64,000 nt of DNA from Hemiscyllium ocellatum (lineage: Eukaryota). The stretch spans positions 17,615,849 through 17,679,848 of the forward strand of contig NC_083453.1 in assembly GCF_020745735.1 (NCBI RefSeq), read 5' to 3'. This document shows, one piece after another, positions 1 through 12,827 of the stretch (positions within the stretch are counted from its first letter, which is position 1; the number at the start of each line of letters is the position of its first letter). The position numbers were made by a program, and so were the translations under genes. The notes beneath the pieces are model-generated. The model searched no databases and was not told the DNA's origin. It was given only the letters and a program-made list of their open reading frames with translations.

Positions 1-80
1 AGCATGGAAACAGACCCTTCGGTCCATCCAGCCCATGCTGACTCATAATCCCAAACTAAACTAGTCAAAGCTGCCTGCTC
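1..80 (-). mobile_element. CR1 LINE 3' end fragment
   Basis: 'agcatggaaacagacccttcggtcca...' is the reverse complement of the CR1 3' terminus seen at 8320-8360, 16620-16665 and 31010-31050. Confidence 0.65.
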
Positions 81-326
81 CAGCTGCCATTTTCAGCCCA
101 TTGTCCCCTTTGATCAAGATCCCTTTGTAATCTCAGAAAACAAGAGAGACCAGTTTGGTTTGTTCGCATGATTTTCTAGAAGAGAAATTATATTAGCTTC
201 TGAGACCAGTCCTGTCTCCTCCAATAACTGCTCAAAAACTTCCGGACTCTGGGGTTGCGAAGGTGAAATCAAGCCTTGGTTATCCCAAACCAAAACAAGC
301 TAATGGCCCTCAATGCTTGTTTTTAC

Positions 327-616
327 TTAGATTAGATTACTTACAATGTGGAAACAGGCCCTTCGGCCCAACACATCCACACCGACCTGCCGAAGCGCAA
401 CCCACCCATACCCCTACATTTGCCCCTTACCTAACACTACGGGCAATTTAGCATGGCCAATTCACCTGACCCGCACATCTTTGGACTGTGGGTGGAAACC
501 GGAGCACCTGGAGGAAACAGGGAGAACGTGCAAACTCCACACAGTCAGTTGCCTGAGGTGGGATTATGAACCTAGGTCTCTGGCGCTGTGAGGCAGCAGT
601 GCTAACCACTGTGCCC
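327..616 (-). mobile_element. tRNA-derived SINE (shark HE1-type)
   Basis: (ttaga)n tail, CR1-like 3' part, and tRNA-like head (reverse complement: ggcacagtggttagcactgctgcctcacagcgccagagacc...); homologous to 2064-2384. Confidence 0.85.
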
Positions 617-1369
617 TATCAGCAATCTTCCATTAACACTTCAGGGGGACAGGAGTTACCTGCTCTCTGACGTATGGAACATGGTTCTAGAAAGACTGAC
701 TGACATAAGTAAGTTTTAAACCCTTCACAAAAATAAACTAGCACCCGCATGATTTGAAGTCCAATCTCTAAAACAAGTGATATTAATATTGATAAATCAC
801 ACAGCTTTCATCACACCAACCCTAAATCAGGAAGGGTCACTTGGGAAGGTATTGGACATTATAGAGACTTCATAGTGGAAGGGCAGAGGCAATATCCTGC
901 TGTTGGAAGGAGCACAGAAACTTCCAAACAAACCAGCTCCCTGACCCTCCAAGTACCAGTTGCCCAACATGGGGCAGTGCCTTCAGCTGAGACGTACCCA
1001 TCAAAACTGGCTGCAGCAAGCCTTTCTCAATCTCAAGAGACTGCCTAAGAAGGAGAAGGACTGAGATTTGGATGGGCATTGACCATAAAGTTATGAATTG
1101 CCGAGGGGAGAATGAAGTGTTTCACACAAAAGGAAAAACTGAGCTTCTTGGAGGGCCCTTAAGCAATGGGAAGGCTGTGGTCATTCCAATTGAGATCAGA
1201 GGTGATTGTGAGACCAAGAGGTGAATGGTCATGACCAGGAGATTATTTTGATTTCACATTTCTGCGGTGTTTAGTTTTGGATGGACTAATCTGACAGGCA
1301 GTCCTACACACTTTCACCAGATTGGCACCTTGTGATGATGTTTTATGATGAGAGACTAAGCAAATTCTT

Positions 1370-1705
1370 CTTTTATTCATTCACAAGGTGAGGGTGTCAC
1401 TGGCTAGGCCAGCATGTCTTACCCATCCCACAGGGCAGTTAAGAGTCAACCCCATTGCTATGGGTCAGGAGTCACATGTAGGTCAGACTAGGTAAGGACA
1501 GCAGCTTCCTTCCCTGAAGGACATTGTTGAACCAGATGGAGTGTTCCTCACAATTGACAATGCATTCATGGTTATCATGAGACTCTTAATCCCAGATACT
1601 TATTCAATTCAAATTCCACCATCTGCCATGGTGGGATTCAAGCCCGGATCTCCGGAACATCAGCTGGGTCTCTGGATTAACAGTCCCGCGATAATACCAT
1701 TGCCT
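1370..1705. mobile_element. degenerate interspersed repeat (LINE/SINE-related)
   Basis: shares the 'gtcactggct(a/g)ggccagcat' block with the LINE fragment at 14840-15200. Confidence 0.4.
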
Positions 1706-1739
1706 CCCCTTAAGTGTCTCGATATTCTCTGGCGCTTAG

Positions 1740-1975
1740 CAGAACGAGAGGTGGTCACATTGAGACATGCAAGGAGTTTAGATTCTGAAGGGGCTTGACA
1801 GGGTAAATACTGGGATGGAACCTAGAACACAAGGCCACAGCATTAAAGTAAGGAGGTGATCAGGTAGGACTGAGATGAAAATATCTTTTTTGACTCAGAA
1901 AGATGTGAATGTTTGGATTTTTGTACCCCAGAGAATTGCAGATGCTTCATCATTGAATATATTTAAGGGTGAGTG
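1740..1975 (+). mobile_element. degenerate CR1 3' fragment
   Basis: resembles the CR1 ORF2 C-terminal/3' region at 8000-8230 (gagaggtg..., ...cagaaagatgtgaatgtttggat). Confidence 0.5.
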
Positions 1976-2063
1976 ATGTAAGGTATGTGATTTATCTATA
2001 TTTTAATACAATTTATGTTAGAATTTGGACTTTTAACTAGTGGCATGTACAATTTCCGTTAAT

Positions 2064-2384
2064 TAGATTAGATTAGATTAGATTACTTACAGTGTGGAAA
2101 CAGGCCCTTCGGCCCAACAAGTCCATACTGACCCGCCGAAGCACAACCCACCCATTCCCCTACATTTACCCCTTTACCTAACACTACAGGCAATTTAGCA
2201 TGGCCAATTCATCTGACCTGCACATCTTTGGACTGTGGGAGGAAACCGGAGCACCCGGAGGAAACCCACGCAGACACGGGGAGAATGTGCAAACTCCACA
2301 CAGTCAGTCGCCTGAGGCGGGAATTGAACCCGGGTCTCTGGCGCTGTGAGGCAGCAGTGCTAACCACTGCCACTGTGCCGCCCA
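2064..2384 (-). mobile_element. tRNA-derived SINE (HE1-type), near full length
   Basis: (ttaga)4 tail; on the minus strand an A-box-like 'tggttagcac' and B-box-like 'ggttcaattcc'; internal 53-bp segment identical in type to the minisatellite unit at 16997. Confidence 0.9.
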
Positions 2385-2499
2385 CCAAGGAGTTCAGTGA
2401 TTAACTTATCAGGCTTTCTGAGGCAATGTTTTAAGAAAAATATATTAGAGAAATGGTTTCTGGGGTACGAGTGAGAATCTGTTTGCTTTGGGAGAGCTG

Positions 2500-2710
2500 A
2501 AATGGCCTGTTAGCTTAACATCTATCATAGGGAAAATGTTAGAAGCTATTATCAGAGACATCATAACAGGACACTTGGATAAGTTCGAGGTAATCAGGCA
2601 GAACCAACTTGGTTTTGTCAAAGAGATAACATGTTTAAATAATTTATCGGAGTTCTTTGAAGGCTGGTTGGAGCGAAGGGTCGGTTTCCATGCTGCATGA
2701 CTCTATGTAA
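2500..2710 (+). mobile_element. CR1 RT fragment plus short 3' end
   Basis: ORF 2488-2700 contains the CR1 RT motif PVSLTSIIGKMLEAII...NQLGFVK..CLNNLSEFFE, followed by a 'gactctatg' tail. Confidence 0.75.
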
Positions 2711-3900
2711 CTTCTGTGGCAGATAAAGAGGTTCCAGTGGGTGGATTGTACCCAAACTGACCGATTACTTGTGAGGAAAGGCTGGACAGGCTGGGTCTGT
2801 ATCTTCTGGAGGTTCAAGGAGTCATCAAACCAGTCCAGGTTGTGGAATGGGCAGCACTGGGCGTACTGATTGTGAAGCCTGATGGGTTGGCTCACCTTTG
2901 TGGGGATTTTATACAAACAGTAAACCACTTATCACACCTGGATAAATACCCAATCCCTCACATAGAGGGTTTATATGCAAAGCTGGCGGGGGAAGGGCAA
3001 TTTTTCAGTGGACGATGGAGAACATTTTACAAGGGCTAGCCCAGGTTGCTATTTCTCCAGATGATGTGCAAATAACAGGGAAGACCAATAAGGAGCACTT
3101 AGAGAACTTGGACATGATCCTTAAAACTTTCTCCAAGGTGGGTATACACATTAAAAGGGAAATATATGTGTTCCAGGCACACCAAGTGACCTGCTTGGGT
3201 TAGAGTTGACAAAACCAGGCTACACCCTTTGGAAGATAAAGTGAGGGCAATCAAATGACCCCTGGCTCTCTCACGTCTGTACCGGAGCTTAGATCTTTCC
3301 TTGGATTGGCGAATTATTACAGAGAGTTCATACATAACCTGGCTTCCACCCTGGCACCCTTACATATGCTATTGATAAAGGATCAGTCTTGGAAATGGTC
3401 TCGTAGCCAAGATGTAGCCTTTAGAGAAGTGCAGAAGCAGCTGTCATTGCCAACGTGTTGACACACTCTGATCCCAAGTGAGATCTGGTGCTGACATGCG
3501 ATGCCTCCCCATATGGTATTGGGGTACTGCTGGCTCACAGATGACCCACTGGAGAAGAATGCCCAATACTGTATGCTTCCTGGACTTTGGCTAATGCAGA
3601 ACATAAATATGTTCAGGTAGAGAAGGAAGGTTTGATGTTCATCTTTGATGTGAGAACGTTCCACCAATACCCTTACAGATATAAATTTGTAACAGTAACA
3701 GACCACAAACCCGCGAGGGTGACTCAAAGAGGACAAGGCCGTGCTGCCCATAGCTTCAGGCTGAATTCAGCAGTGGGCTCTCATTCTCTGTGCATACAAT
3801 TACACATTAGAACACCGTCCGGGAGGACAAATAGCAAGTGGGCATGTGTTGAGCAGCCGCCCACTGGGAGATACTCCACCGGTAGTGCTGCAACTGGAAG

Positions 3901-4937
3901 AGTCATAGAGATGTACAACACGGGAAACAGACCCTTCGGTCCAACCCGTCCATGCCGACCAGATATCCAAACCCAATCTAGTCCCACCTGCCAGCAGCCG
4001 GCCCATATCCCTCCAAACCCTTCCTATACCCATCCAGATGCCTTTTAAGTGCTGTAATTGTACCAGCCTCCACCACTTCCTCTGACAGCACATTCCATAC
4101 ACGTATCACCCTCTGTGTGAAAAAGTTGCCCCTTAAGGTCCTTTTAAATTATTCCCCACCCACCCTAAACCTATGCCCTCTAGTTCTGGACTCCCCCACC
4201 CAGGAAAAAGACCTTGCCTATTTACCCTATCCATACCTGTCATGATTTTATAAGGTCAGGCCTCCGCCTCCAACGCTCCAGGGAAAACAGCCCCAGTCTA
4301 TCAGCCTCTCCCTATAGCACAAATCCTCCAACCCTGGCAACATCCTTGTAAATCTTTTCTGAACCCTTTCAGGTTTCACAACATCCTTCTGATAGGAAGG
4401 AGACCAGAATTGAATGCAATATTCCAAAAGTGGCCTAACCAATGTCCTGTACAGCCGCAACATGACCTCCCAACTCCTGTACTCAATCCTCTGACCAATA
4501 AAGGAAAGCATACCAAATGCCTTTTTCACTATCCTATCTACCGGCGACTCCACTTTCAAGGAGCTATGAACCTGCACTCCAAGGTCTCTTTGTTCAGCAA
4601 CACTCCCCAGAACCTTATTATTAAGTGCATAAGTCCTGCTAAGATTTGCTTTCCCAAAATGCTGCACCTCACATTTATCTAAATTAAACTCCATCTGCCA
4701 CTTCTCAGCCCATTGGCCCATCTGGTCCAGATCCTGTTGTAATCTGAGGTAACCTTCTTCATTGTCCACTACACCTCCAATGTTGGTCTCATCTGCAAAC
4801 TTACTAACCATATCTCCTATGTTCACATCCAAATCATTTATATAAATGACAAAAGATAGAGGACCCAGCACCGATCCTTGTGGCACTCCACTGGTCACAG
4901 GCCTCCAGTCTGAAAAGCAACCCTCCACCACCACCCC
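3901..4937 (-). mobile_element. 5'-truncated CR1 LINE inserted in Gypsy pol
   Basis: ORF 4248-4934: SGVPQGSVLGP, SKFADET, YRTLVRPLLEYCIQFWSP, ERVQKRFTRM; 3' tail (catagag) at ~3905. Confidence 0.92.
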
Positions 4938-5547
4938 ATTCTGCTTTTAAATTTTCTGGATACCCTTCTGGTCACCGCTGACAATATCTGCCAGTGGGTA
5001 CAAAAGGGTCCAGTCCTGATGAAACTGGTGGTGATGGGGGAAACAAAAGGGCCATCACAACCAGAACTGAAACCTTTATGGACACGGTGAGACCAGGTCA
5101 CCGCAGAGGACAGCATATTATTATGGGGAGCAAGAGTGATTATCCCAAGTAAAGGTCACTGCCAGATACTGGCTGCACTCCAGCAGGATCATCCAGGGTT
5201 GTCTGAAATGAAGAGGTTGGCGAGAGGTTATGCCCGGTGGCCAGGATTAGATGTAGACATGGCCGCATTGGTGGGGCACTGCCCAGAGTGCCGACAAAGT
5301 CTCCATATTCCTGGCAATGGCCTTACCTCAGTTACACATTGACTATGCCAGCCCTTTTGTGGGCAGATGCCCACTCAAAGTGATTGGACATAGAGTTCAT
5401 TTGTCATACACAAGGACAACGATAGAAAAATACTACGGGTGTCTTTTGCCGTACACAGACTCCCGGAAGTGTTGCTCACAGATAGCCAGCCATCACTTAC
5501 CAGCAGGGAATTTGAGTATTTCCTAAAGTCAAATGGCATTCCTCATA

Positions 5548-5751
5548 GAAGTGGACAGGCAGGAGACTGGAAAAACACAGCAAGCCAGGTAGCAACAGGA
5601 GGTGGAGAAGTCGGCGTTTCGGGTCCTGAAGAAGGGTTACACCCGAAATGTTGACTTCTCCACCTCCTGATGCTGCCTGGCTTGCTGTGTTCTTCCAGCC
5701 TCCTGCCTGTCTACTTTGGATACCAGAATCTGCAGTTCTGTTTTTGTCTCT
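5548..5751 (+). mobile_element. Penelope-like element-derived fold-back insertion with hammerhead motif
   Basis: inverted arms 5549-5624 and 5641-5716; CTGAAGA-A-GGGT(tac)ACCC-GAAA core at 5626-5648; imperfect target duplication attcctcata/attcatcata. Confidence 0.7.
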
Positions 5752-6257
5752 ATTCATCATATGAGGACATCATATACCATCCATCAAAAGAACATTCCAA
5801 ACTTTGAAGGCAGTTGTGAAGGAACAGCCTACAGCTTCTCTCAATGCCAAGCTGTCCCAGTTCCTAGTTGATTATCGGACCATCCACCATGTAACTACAG
5901 GGAGAGCTCCAGCAGAGCTGCTAATGGGAAGAAGACTTCACATCAGGTTAAACCTGATCTTTCCAGACCTTGGGCATGGGAGGATTAGATGGCATCAGGA
6001 ATGCCAAGGCCTGAAACAAGTTTCTGCAAAGTAGGAGAGACAATTTACTTCAGGGGATGATGTTTGGTGCAGGGACCATGGAAATGGCCTTGAATGGGTG
6101 AGAGGCATGATCAATGAGAGGCCAGGTCCTGTGATGTACAAACTTTGGGCAGGTGAGGCAGTCCTGATCAACCACATGAAAGGTCCAACCTTGCAAATGG
6201 TGCTAGAGCAAAACATACCTGGTCCCTCAGAACAGCAGAAAGACTGTCAGAAATCAT

Positions 6258-6547
6258 GGCTGAGTGGTTAGCACTGCTGTCTCACAGTGCCAGGGACTCA
6301 GGTTCGATTCCCTCCTTGGGTGACTGTCTGTGTGGAGTTTGCACATTCTCCCCGTGTCTGTGCAGTCCAAAGATGTGCAAGTTAGGGTGGACTGGCCAAG
6401 ATAAATTGCCCATAGCCTCCAGGGCTATGTAGGTTAAATGCATTAGTCAGGGGTAAATATAGAGGAATGGGCCTGGGTGGGTTACTCTTTGGAGGATCAG
6501 TGTGGACTTGTTGGGCTGAAGGGCCTGTTTCCACACTGTAAGGATTC
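6258..6547 (+). mobile_element. tRNA-derived SINE (HE1-type)
   Basis: gtggttagcactgctgtctcacagtgccaggga..ggttcgattcc head and gggcctgtttccacactgta tail. Confidence 0.85.
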
Positions 6548-6800
6548 AATGGGTTCTCTCTTGTACCAAAGAAACCTGAGATGGACACAGCGGATGCCAT
6601 GGCCTGGACCAGTTTACCACCTGAAGAAGAGGATGAATTTCTTCCGAGATGCTTCAAGCACAAGAGGCGGGCTCTAGTCCAGTACTCACCATCTGTATCT
6701 GAGTCTGAGTCAGAGGAACCAGATGTGCTGCGAAAACACCCCAGGAGAGGCTGTAAGAAAAAGAACAGGCCTATGTGCCCGGACTTGGAGGGAGGAGGGA

Positions 6801-7816
6801 TGTCATGATTGTAATGGTTTTTTTTTTGGCAATGCTGTGTGATCAAACAGTGAAGGGGAGACCCTCCTGTTTATTTTCTTTTTTTTTCTTTTTTTTCTGT
6901 GTGATTCTCCTGGTTATATTCTCTTTTTTTTCTCTTTAAATTAACCCCCACACTACCGCCTAACAGTGGTAGTGCTTATTTTTTCCCCAGCACCCATAGT
7001 GTGTGTGTGCAGGTGTGAGACATAGTGAGAGACACAAAGTGCACAAATCTTTATTTAATTTCCACCACCAGGAAGATAGGAAACACCCGAGTGGCCAGTG
7101 ACAAGCAGTGCCCTTCACATCAAAGGGCAATGCTGTGTGATCAAAACAATGAAGGGGAGGGCAGGGACTAAATCAGAATAGAGTTGGAGGGGGAAATAAT
7201 GCATTCCACTCCCTGCGGCACCCAACTCTCCCTGAACAGCTCCAGGGTGTTGGTGGACACCGCGTGCTCCTTCTCCAAGGACACCGGGCTCTAACATAAT
7301 TGTAATGGGGTTGACCAGATGGACCTCATTGACTGTGAGTTCCCTGATTGGGGCTGTTAACCTGGTCCACTCAGGGAGCCCTAGCTGACAGATAGAAACA
7401 GGAGTGGGGGGAGGGAAACAGCAGGCTTGCTGGGGGTCTGTAATGTATGTACTGTTTGTTTATGTCATTGGACTGTCTTATATGTACAAATTGTTGCTGT
7501 GTTGTAATGATGGAAAGTGGGATTTGAGGTTTGTCCTCATTTCCCTGTAAACAGTATGGTTTGGGGTCTGGCTTTGCTGCCCCTCTCCTTTGTAAAATTG
7601 TTGTTTCTCTGTATACAGCTGTTAATGTTCACTTTTTTTTGTAAACTGTGTATTGTTTAATAAAATTTTTAAAAATCAGGGAAAAAACAATAAACAGCAG
7701 GGCCAGGGGTTCTGTTCACTTTGAGAGCTGAATCTGAGGGAGCTGGATCAGGACTCTCCACATGTAAATAAAGGGGGATTTGGTGATGGGATATTGCCCT
7801 CTCGGCACTTATTTCA
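6801..7816 (+). mobile_element. 3' LTR of the Gypsy element, interrupted by insertions
   Basis: starts TG directly after the polypurine tract (ggagggaggaggga|tgtcatg); resumes at ~7300 after an insertion; aataaa near 7767; ends ...ttatttca. Confidence 0.65.
6818..7294 (-). mobile_element. Tx1/L1-clade LINE 3' end
   Basis: minus strand reads VSLEKEHAVSTNTLELFRESWVPQGVECIISPSNSILI*, then 3' UTR and poly-A (poly-T on +); flanked by 14-bp catgattgtaatgg/cataattgtaatgg (6804-6817 and 7295-7308). Confidence 0.75.
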
Positions 7817-7829
7817 GTGGTTAAAAACA

Positions 7830-8365
7830 TGAGGTTGGTGAGGCCTCTTCTGGGGTACTGTGCCCAGTTCTGGTCGCCCTGTTATAGAAAGGATATTATT
7901 AACCTGGAGAGGGTTCAGAAGAGAATTACCAGGATGTGGCCAGGTATGGAAGGTTTCAGTTATAAAGAAAGGCTGTCCATGTTGGAATGTATTTGACTGT
8001 AGTGTAGAAGGTTGAGAGGTGACCATATCGAGGTTTATAAATTATGAGAGGTATAGATAGGGTTAATAGTTGGTGTCTTTTCCCTAGGATGGGGGATTGA
8101 AAGACTAGGGGGCACATTGTTAAGGTGAGAGGAGAGAGATTTTAAAAAGACATGAGGGACAGCTTTTTTACACAGAGGGTGGTTCACGTGTGGAATGAAC
8201 TTTCTGAGGAAGTGGTGGACGTGGGTACAGTTTGGATAAGTACATGAATAAGAAAGGTTTGGAGGGATGTGGGCCAGGAGCAGGCAGGTGGGATAGGTTT
8301 AGTTGGGAATATGGTCAGCATGGACTGGTTGAACCGAAGGGTCTGTTTCCGTGCTGTATGACTAC
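7830..8365 (+). mobile_element. CR1 LINE 3' fragment
   Basis: degenerate VRPLL.YCAQFWSP / LERVQKRITRM segment followed by the CR1 3' UTR. Confidence 0.8.
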
Positions 8366-8479
8366 AACTATTAGTGGAAAGCAATTTGAAATCCCTGTTT
8401 TCTTAAGCAATACTGCCTCTCTGTGGCAAAAACAACATCTTTGATTGAAGTGACATATCGTAACTATCTCTACAAGACT

Positions 8480-8690
8480 GGAATAAAAGCAAGTCCTGCG
8501 GGTGCTGGGAAATCTGAAACATGTAGAATGCTGGAGAAACTCAGCAGGTCTGGCTGCATCGGTGTGAGAGAGAGAGAATCAGAGCGAACTTTTTGGATCT
8601 GTTATGACTCATCTTCAGAAACTCTTCAGTCATAAAAATCATCAATGCGTTAACAGTTTCTCTCTCTCTGTACATGCTGCCAATCTGGAT
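8480..8690. mobile_element. degenerate Penelope-type repeat
   Basis: 'atgctggagaaactcagcaggtctggctgcatc' block related to 14760-14820 and 11870-11930. Confidence 0.45.
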
Positions 8691-10799
8691 TAAACTGGAA
8701 TCTTTATGAAGGAAGATGACACTGCATTGTTTATACAGACGATGGAAATGGTTTACTGGGAAATAGGGTTCCCTGTGCTCTGAAATGTGGACAGCAAGCA
8801 CTGCAAAACAAAGCAGGACATTCCCAGGAGGAAAGTGGAACCCACCGAAGGGAGATTCTCAAAGGACCACTCAAGAAAGACTGACCAACCAAGGTTCATT
8901 TGAGGGGACAACCTATCTACCAAGCCCTTCGAACACTGCTTCCCATTTGTTTGAGAAGATTGTACTCATTAGGCACCTCAGAACCCATCATACTGCAGAA
9001 CCAAGTCATCCCTAATCTCAAGGATTGCCTCAGAAGGAGATGGAGCTTGCCAGTTGAACCTTTACTCCTTTGACGTGAGTTTTTGTATCAACTTGATATT
9101 GAATACCAGACACTCCAATGGATGAGAACCCAACTCTCAGCACAAACGGAAAAGATCCCACTCCGACCAAAGGGATGTTTTCGACCCAGTTTAGAGAAGG
9201 GCAGCACACAGAACACCTCGGGCAGGGTTCAGGCCGATTGCAATCTGAATTCCCCCTTGGAGTGCACAGCGTCCTGCTCATGCCAAACCGGGCTGACAGG
9301 CAAAGGAGATAGGTGTCTCACCCAGAATTTGCATGCAGACAGTGGTGGGGGGCGTTTCCAACACCCAGCTCATCATGGCGAGCTACTATTTGTCAATTCA
9401 ATCATGTGACAGAGACTTTGCATTCATGAAAATGATGGCAACGTTAGGGTTTCCACAAATCAACAGCTAAAGATCATTTTAACTGCATTTGACGTTCTTT
9501 TTTAGCAGATTTCATTTGATTTTTTTAAAAAAACCTCTTTTGTTAAAACTTCATGTGCATCTCACCATTGAGCAAAATGACTGGGCACTATCTTTCCATC
9601 CTCCAGCACAAATGAGACATGTTTATTTAACACTGCGCTGGCTGAGGAAGTCAGAACTTTTTGATTTCGTTTATTACACAATTTGAACTTGTTTCTTTGT
9701 TTATGTATTTAGCCAAAGCACGTAGGTGTTGAACATGAAGCACCAATCCTCGAACAATATTAAAGCAATGTGCAAATATAGGAAATGGAGGCAGGCCATG
9801 GGAAGACAGGAACGGAAAAGAGATATTACAGAACTCGGACAAGAACATAAGCGGGATGGAAAAATTGATCCAGAATATTCTGTGGAGGGATCATAGGTTC
9901 ACGCCAGCAAAAACGCATCACATTGGAAGGTTCCTGAAGAAAAAAACTGCAAACAAATCTAGCAACTCAAAGCGGGACATCCCATGAGGCACTGCGGGCC
10001 ATCAACAGCAGCAGATCTGTACTCCAGCACAATCTGTAACCTCATGGCCTGGTATATTTTTCCTTGATTTTCAGTCACCTTTTCCAAAGTCTGCAGACTG
10101 CGAGGCTTCTTCCTCAACTCATATATTTGCAATCAAAAGAAATTAGTAAGATATTAACCAATTGCAATTGCTTGTTCCAGAAACAAGGCAGGGATTGAGA
10201 GACACAGTGATTGTTAGATTCACTATTGGCCTGCAGGTGGCAGGGTTTACCTTTAAATGAACAGCAACTTGGTTATGATATCTACCGATTCATTCCACCT
10301 CTTGTATTAAAGTTTATTTACATTTTAAAGATTACCCCCCAGATCTGAATTAAAAAGAATTATACATTGCTGTTTATGACATTTGCTACACAGTGTTCTT
10401 TCGATAGAAAGAAATAATGTCTGTTTAATGACGTCACTTGAGAGTTAAGATTTCAAGACAAAGGAGCAAAAATCGGCCATTCAGTCCTTGCTCCACCATG
10501 TAATGAGGTCATGGCTGATCTGATCACTTTGCTACCTTTCCCCCATTACCCTTAACTCCCTTCCTGATCTATCTCAGTCTTGAATATACTTATTGACTCC
10601 ATCTCTACAGCCTTCTGCAGCAAAGGATTCCACAGATTGACTCCCCTCTCGCTCAATAAACGTTAGTCAGGACATCAGAAAAATCTCCTGAGCTTTTATT
10701 CTAGTCGTACATTGAAAGGCTCATCTGACAGTGCGGCACTATCTCCCCACAGCATCGGAGTGTCATCTGCGTCACTAACGGAACCCAGCGCAATTCACC

Positions 10800-11290
10800 G
10801 CGTATTGCAGTTCCAGACAGGATACCCCATCATCATCCGCCAGTGTGGCAGCTTGCCCTGAGCCAGTTCCTCAATGTTCCTCCAAGGATCTTCCTATTGG
10901 GAAGGAGAGGTCTTTGTTCAACTCCTCCAGCAGAATTCTTTCACAGAGGTTTCCATAAGTAGCTTCTTTCTTAAGTGTCCATAGACACTGGTCATAAGCA
11001 GGCTGCCTAAACCTTTCAAATTTCAGTTGTGGTCAGGCCATTTCATGAGGGGACAGGGTTCCTGACAGTACAGTCCCCACACTATCTGGTATGCATTTAA
11101 GATAGTCATTTTTACTGCTTTATAATCAGTGTTGCTTTCTCAGGCAAGAGGGAGCAAAGCTCATCTTCTTTCCCTGGAAGCTTACACTATTATAAAGACC
11201 AAGGCTGGATTGGCCACTTTAACTGGTGTGCTACTCAAAAGGGATACACCTCTACCCCCAAACTTAGGAATTAAATGACCACATTGAGTG
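10800..11290 (-). mobile_element. Gmr1-like (SCAN-type) Gypsy gag relic, with stops and frameshifts
   Basis: manual minus-strand translation gives LIPKF..., RVAHQLKWP..W, KLPGK, DYKAVKMTILNAYQIV..LYCQ, FERFRQPAYDQ, LCERILLEELNKDL..GRSLEEH*..QAATLADD; this follows the motif order I recall for SCAN-containing gag; absent from the ORF track. Confidence 0.65.
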
Positions 11291-11851
11291 GTTTTCATCC
11301 TTAGATCTGAGCCAATGGTCTCTTCTTAGGACACAGTGGGATTCCTGGCCCTCAGTTTGTGCTGTCTTAGCTCATGGATGCTGTCTGACTTGCTGTTGAT
11401 CACCAGAATTTGTTGTTTTCAGTACAAAAGCCAATATCTGCAGTAATTTGCTCCTACACTGTCTTAGTTCAGATTCCCTTTCCTGAACTTTTTTCAGGAA
11501 ATTCTTTTTCTTCTTTATTTGCTCATTGCTCTCATTCTCATGCCCCTCTCTCTCTCTTCATTCTCTCTCGCTCTTTTTTACCCTTACCTTTTCTTTCTCT
11601 TGAAATTCTAACTTCTGGTGCTCTTGACCATGACTCTTTCGGTTTCATCGTCCCCTATTTCCACCGACATCCTACTAGATGCCCATTTGAAAATATGAGG
11701 TTTTCTGACTCTCAGGCAAAATGCTAATCCCAATTGCCTCCTTATATCTTTGAACTGTTGTGACCGACAGAACTTTGAAGTCCTCAGGAGTGACTTCCAT
11801 AAATCCTACTGCAATGCCCTGACATCAAATGTGGACATCTCCATATTGTAG

Positions 11852-12044
11852 TAAAAAATGAGGTCTGCAGATGCTGGAGATCAGAGCTGAAAATGTGTTG
11901 CTGGTTAAAGCACAGCAGGTTAGGCAGCATCCAAGGAATAGGAAATTCGACGTTTCGGTGATTCCTGATGAAGGGCTTATGCCCGAATCGTCGAATTTCC
12001 TATTCCTTGGATGCTGCCTAACCTGCTGTGCTTTAACCAGCAAC
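11852..12044. mobile_element. Penelope-like fold-back insertion with mutated hammerhead core
   Basis: inverted arms ~11893-11958 and ~11983-12048; CTGATGA-A-GGGC(ttat)GCCC-GAAT at 11965-11988; 17-bp direct repeat acatctccatattgtag at 11835-11851 and 12045-12061. Confidence 0.8.
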
Positions 12045-12673
12045 ACATCTCCATATTGTAGCACTTCAAACTGAAGTAAACATTTTGCAGTATGTTTATT
12101 AAAAATGATTTCCAAAGACAACTCACCCACTCTAATTTATTGGTTTCATCTGTGGATGCAATGTGCGGCCACAAGCCCCTACTTTGTTATGACGGGATGC
12201 TGGGCAAGGGGTGTAGATGGGATATCCCAAATCATTAAGCTTCAGGGTGCAGACAGATGAACTGACTCCCTTTCCTCATTCACTCCCCCACGCCCACTGT
12301 CACCTCAGTTCAGAATAATGCAACAAATGTTAATTTTGAAATGATCCTTCACTTGTCAATGCCTTTCTCCAGGACTAGTGGATTGATGTTTTTTAAAGGA
12401 ACTAATTTAACCAGGATTTCTGAGCTTATCAGTCCTTGACACGAGAAGAAATAATAATGCTATGTGCAAGTGGGTCCATAAACACGATATAAGTCAAAAG
12501 ATATATGTATCAGTCTCTGAATTGTCTGTGAATAGTAGAGAGTGAAATGTTGATAATTAAGCAGTGATTTTTGAAATTCTTGGCTTTGCAAGATGATTGA
12601 GATTTATTTGCCCTGGTTCCATTTGATGCTGCCTACTTGACTTCTAACACTTGAAGCAAGGGACACCTTCGAG

Positions 12674-12827
12674 TAAAAAGTGAGGTCTGCAGATGCTGGA
12701 GATCAGAGCTGAAAATGTGTTGCTGGTTAAAGCGCAGCAGGTCAGGCAGCATCCAAGGAACGTCAAATTTCCTGTTCCTTGGATGCTGCCTGACCTGCTA
12801 CGCTTTAACCAGCAACACATTTTCAGC
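12674..12827. mobile_element. Penelope-like fold-back insertion (same family as 11852)
   Basis: 54-bp inverted arms 12708-12761 and 12774-12827; flanking agcaaggga(c/t)acctt repeat. Confidence 0.75.

Larger units (their letters stand above)
2750..6800 (+). mobile_element. Gypsy/Ty3 LTR retrotransposon pol relic (RT, RNase H, integrase), frameshifted, with nested insertions
   Basis: EWAA..IVKPDG..LCGDF, YPIP, ENILQGL..SPDDV (degenerate YLDD), LRSFLGLANYYREFI, DASPYGIG, YVQVEKEGL, TDHKP, integrase H-C2 zinc motif (HPGLSEMKRLAR..WPGLD..CPEC), LHIDYA, LPEVLLTDS, YRT..TTGRAPAELLMGRRL; polypurine tract at 6787-6800. Confidence 0.9.

Noticed and set aside
2300-2384. tRNA gene
   Set aside because: tRNA-like boxes are the SINE head; no complete cloverleaf
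8700-10060. Short ORFs and an acceptor-like site at ~9711 suggesting exons
   Set aside because: No recognisable protein motif or consistent exon chain
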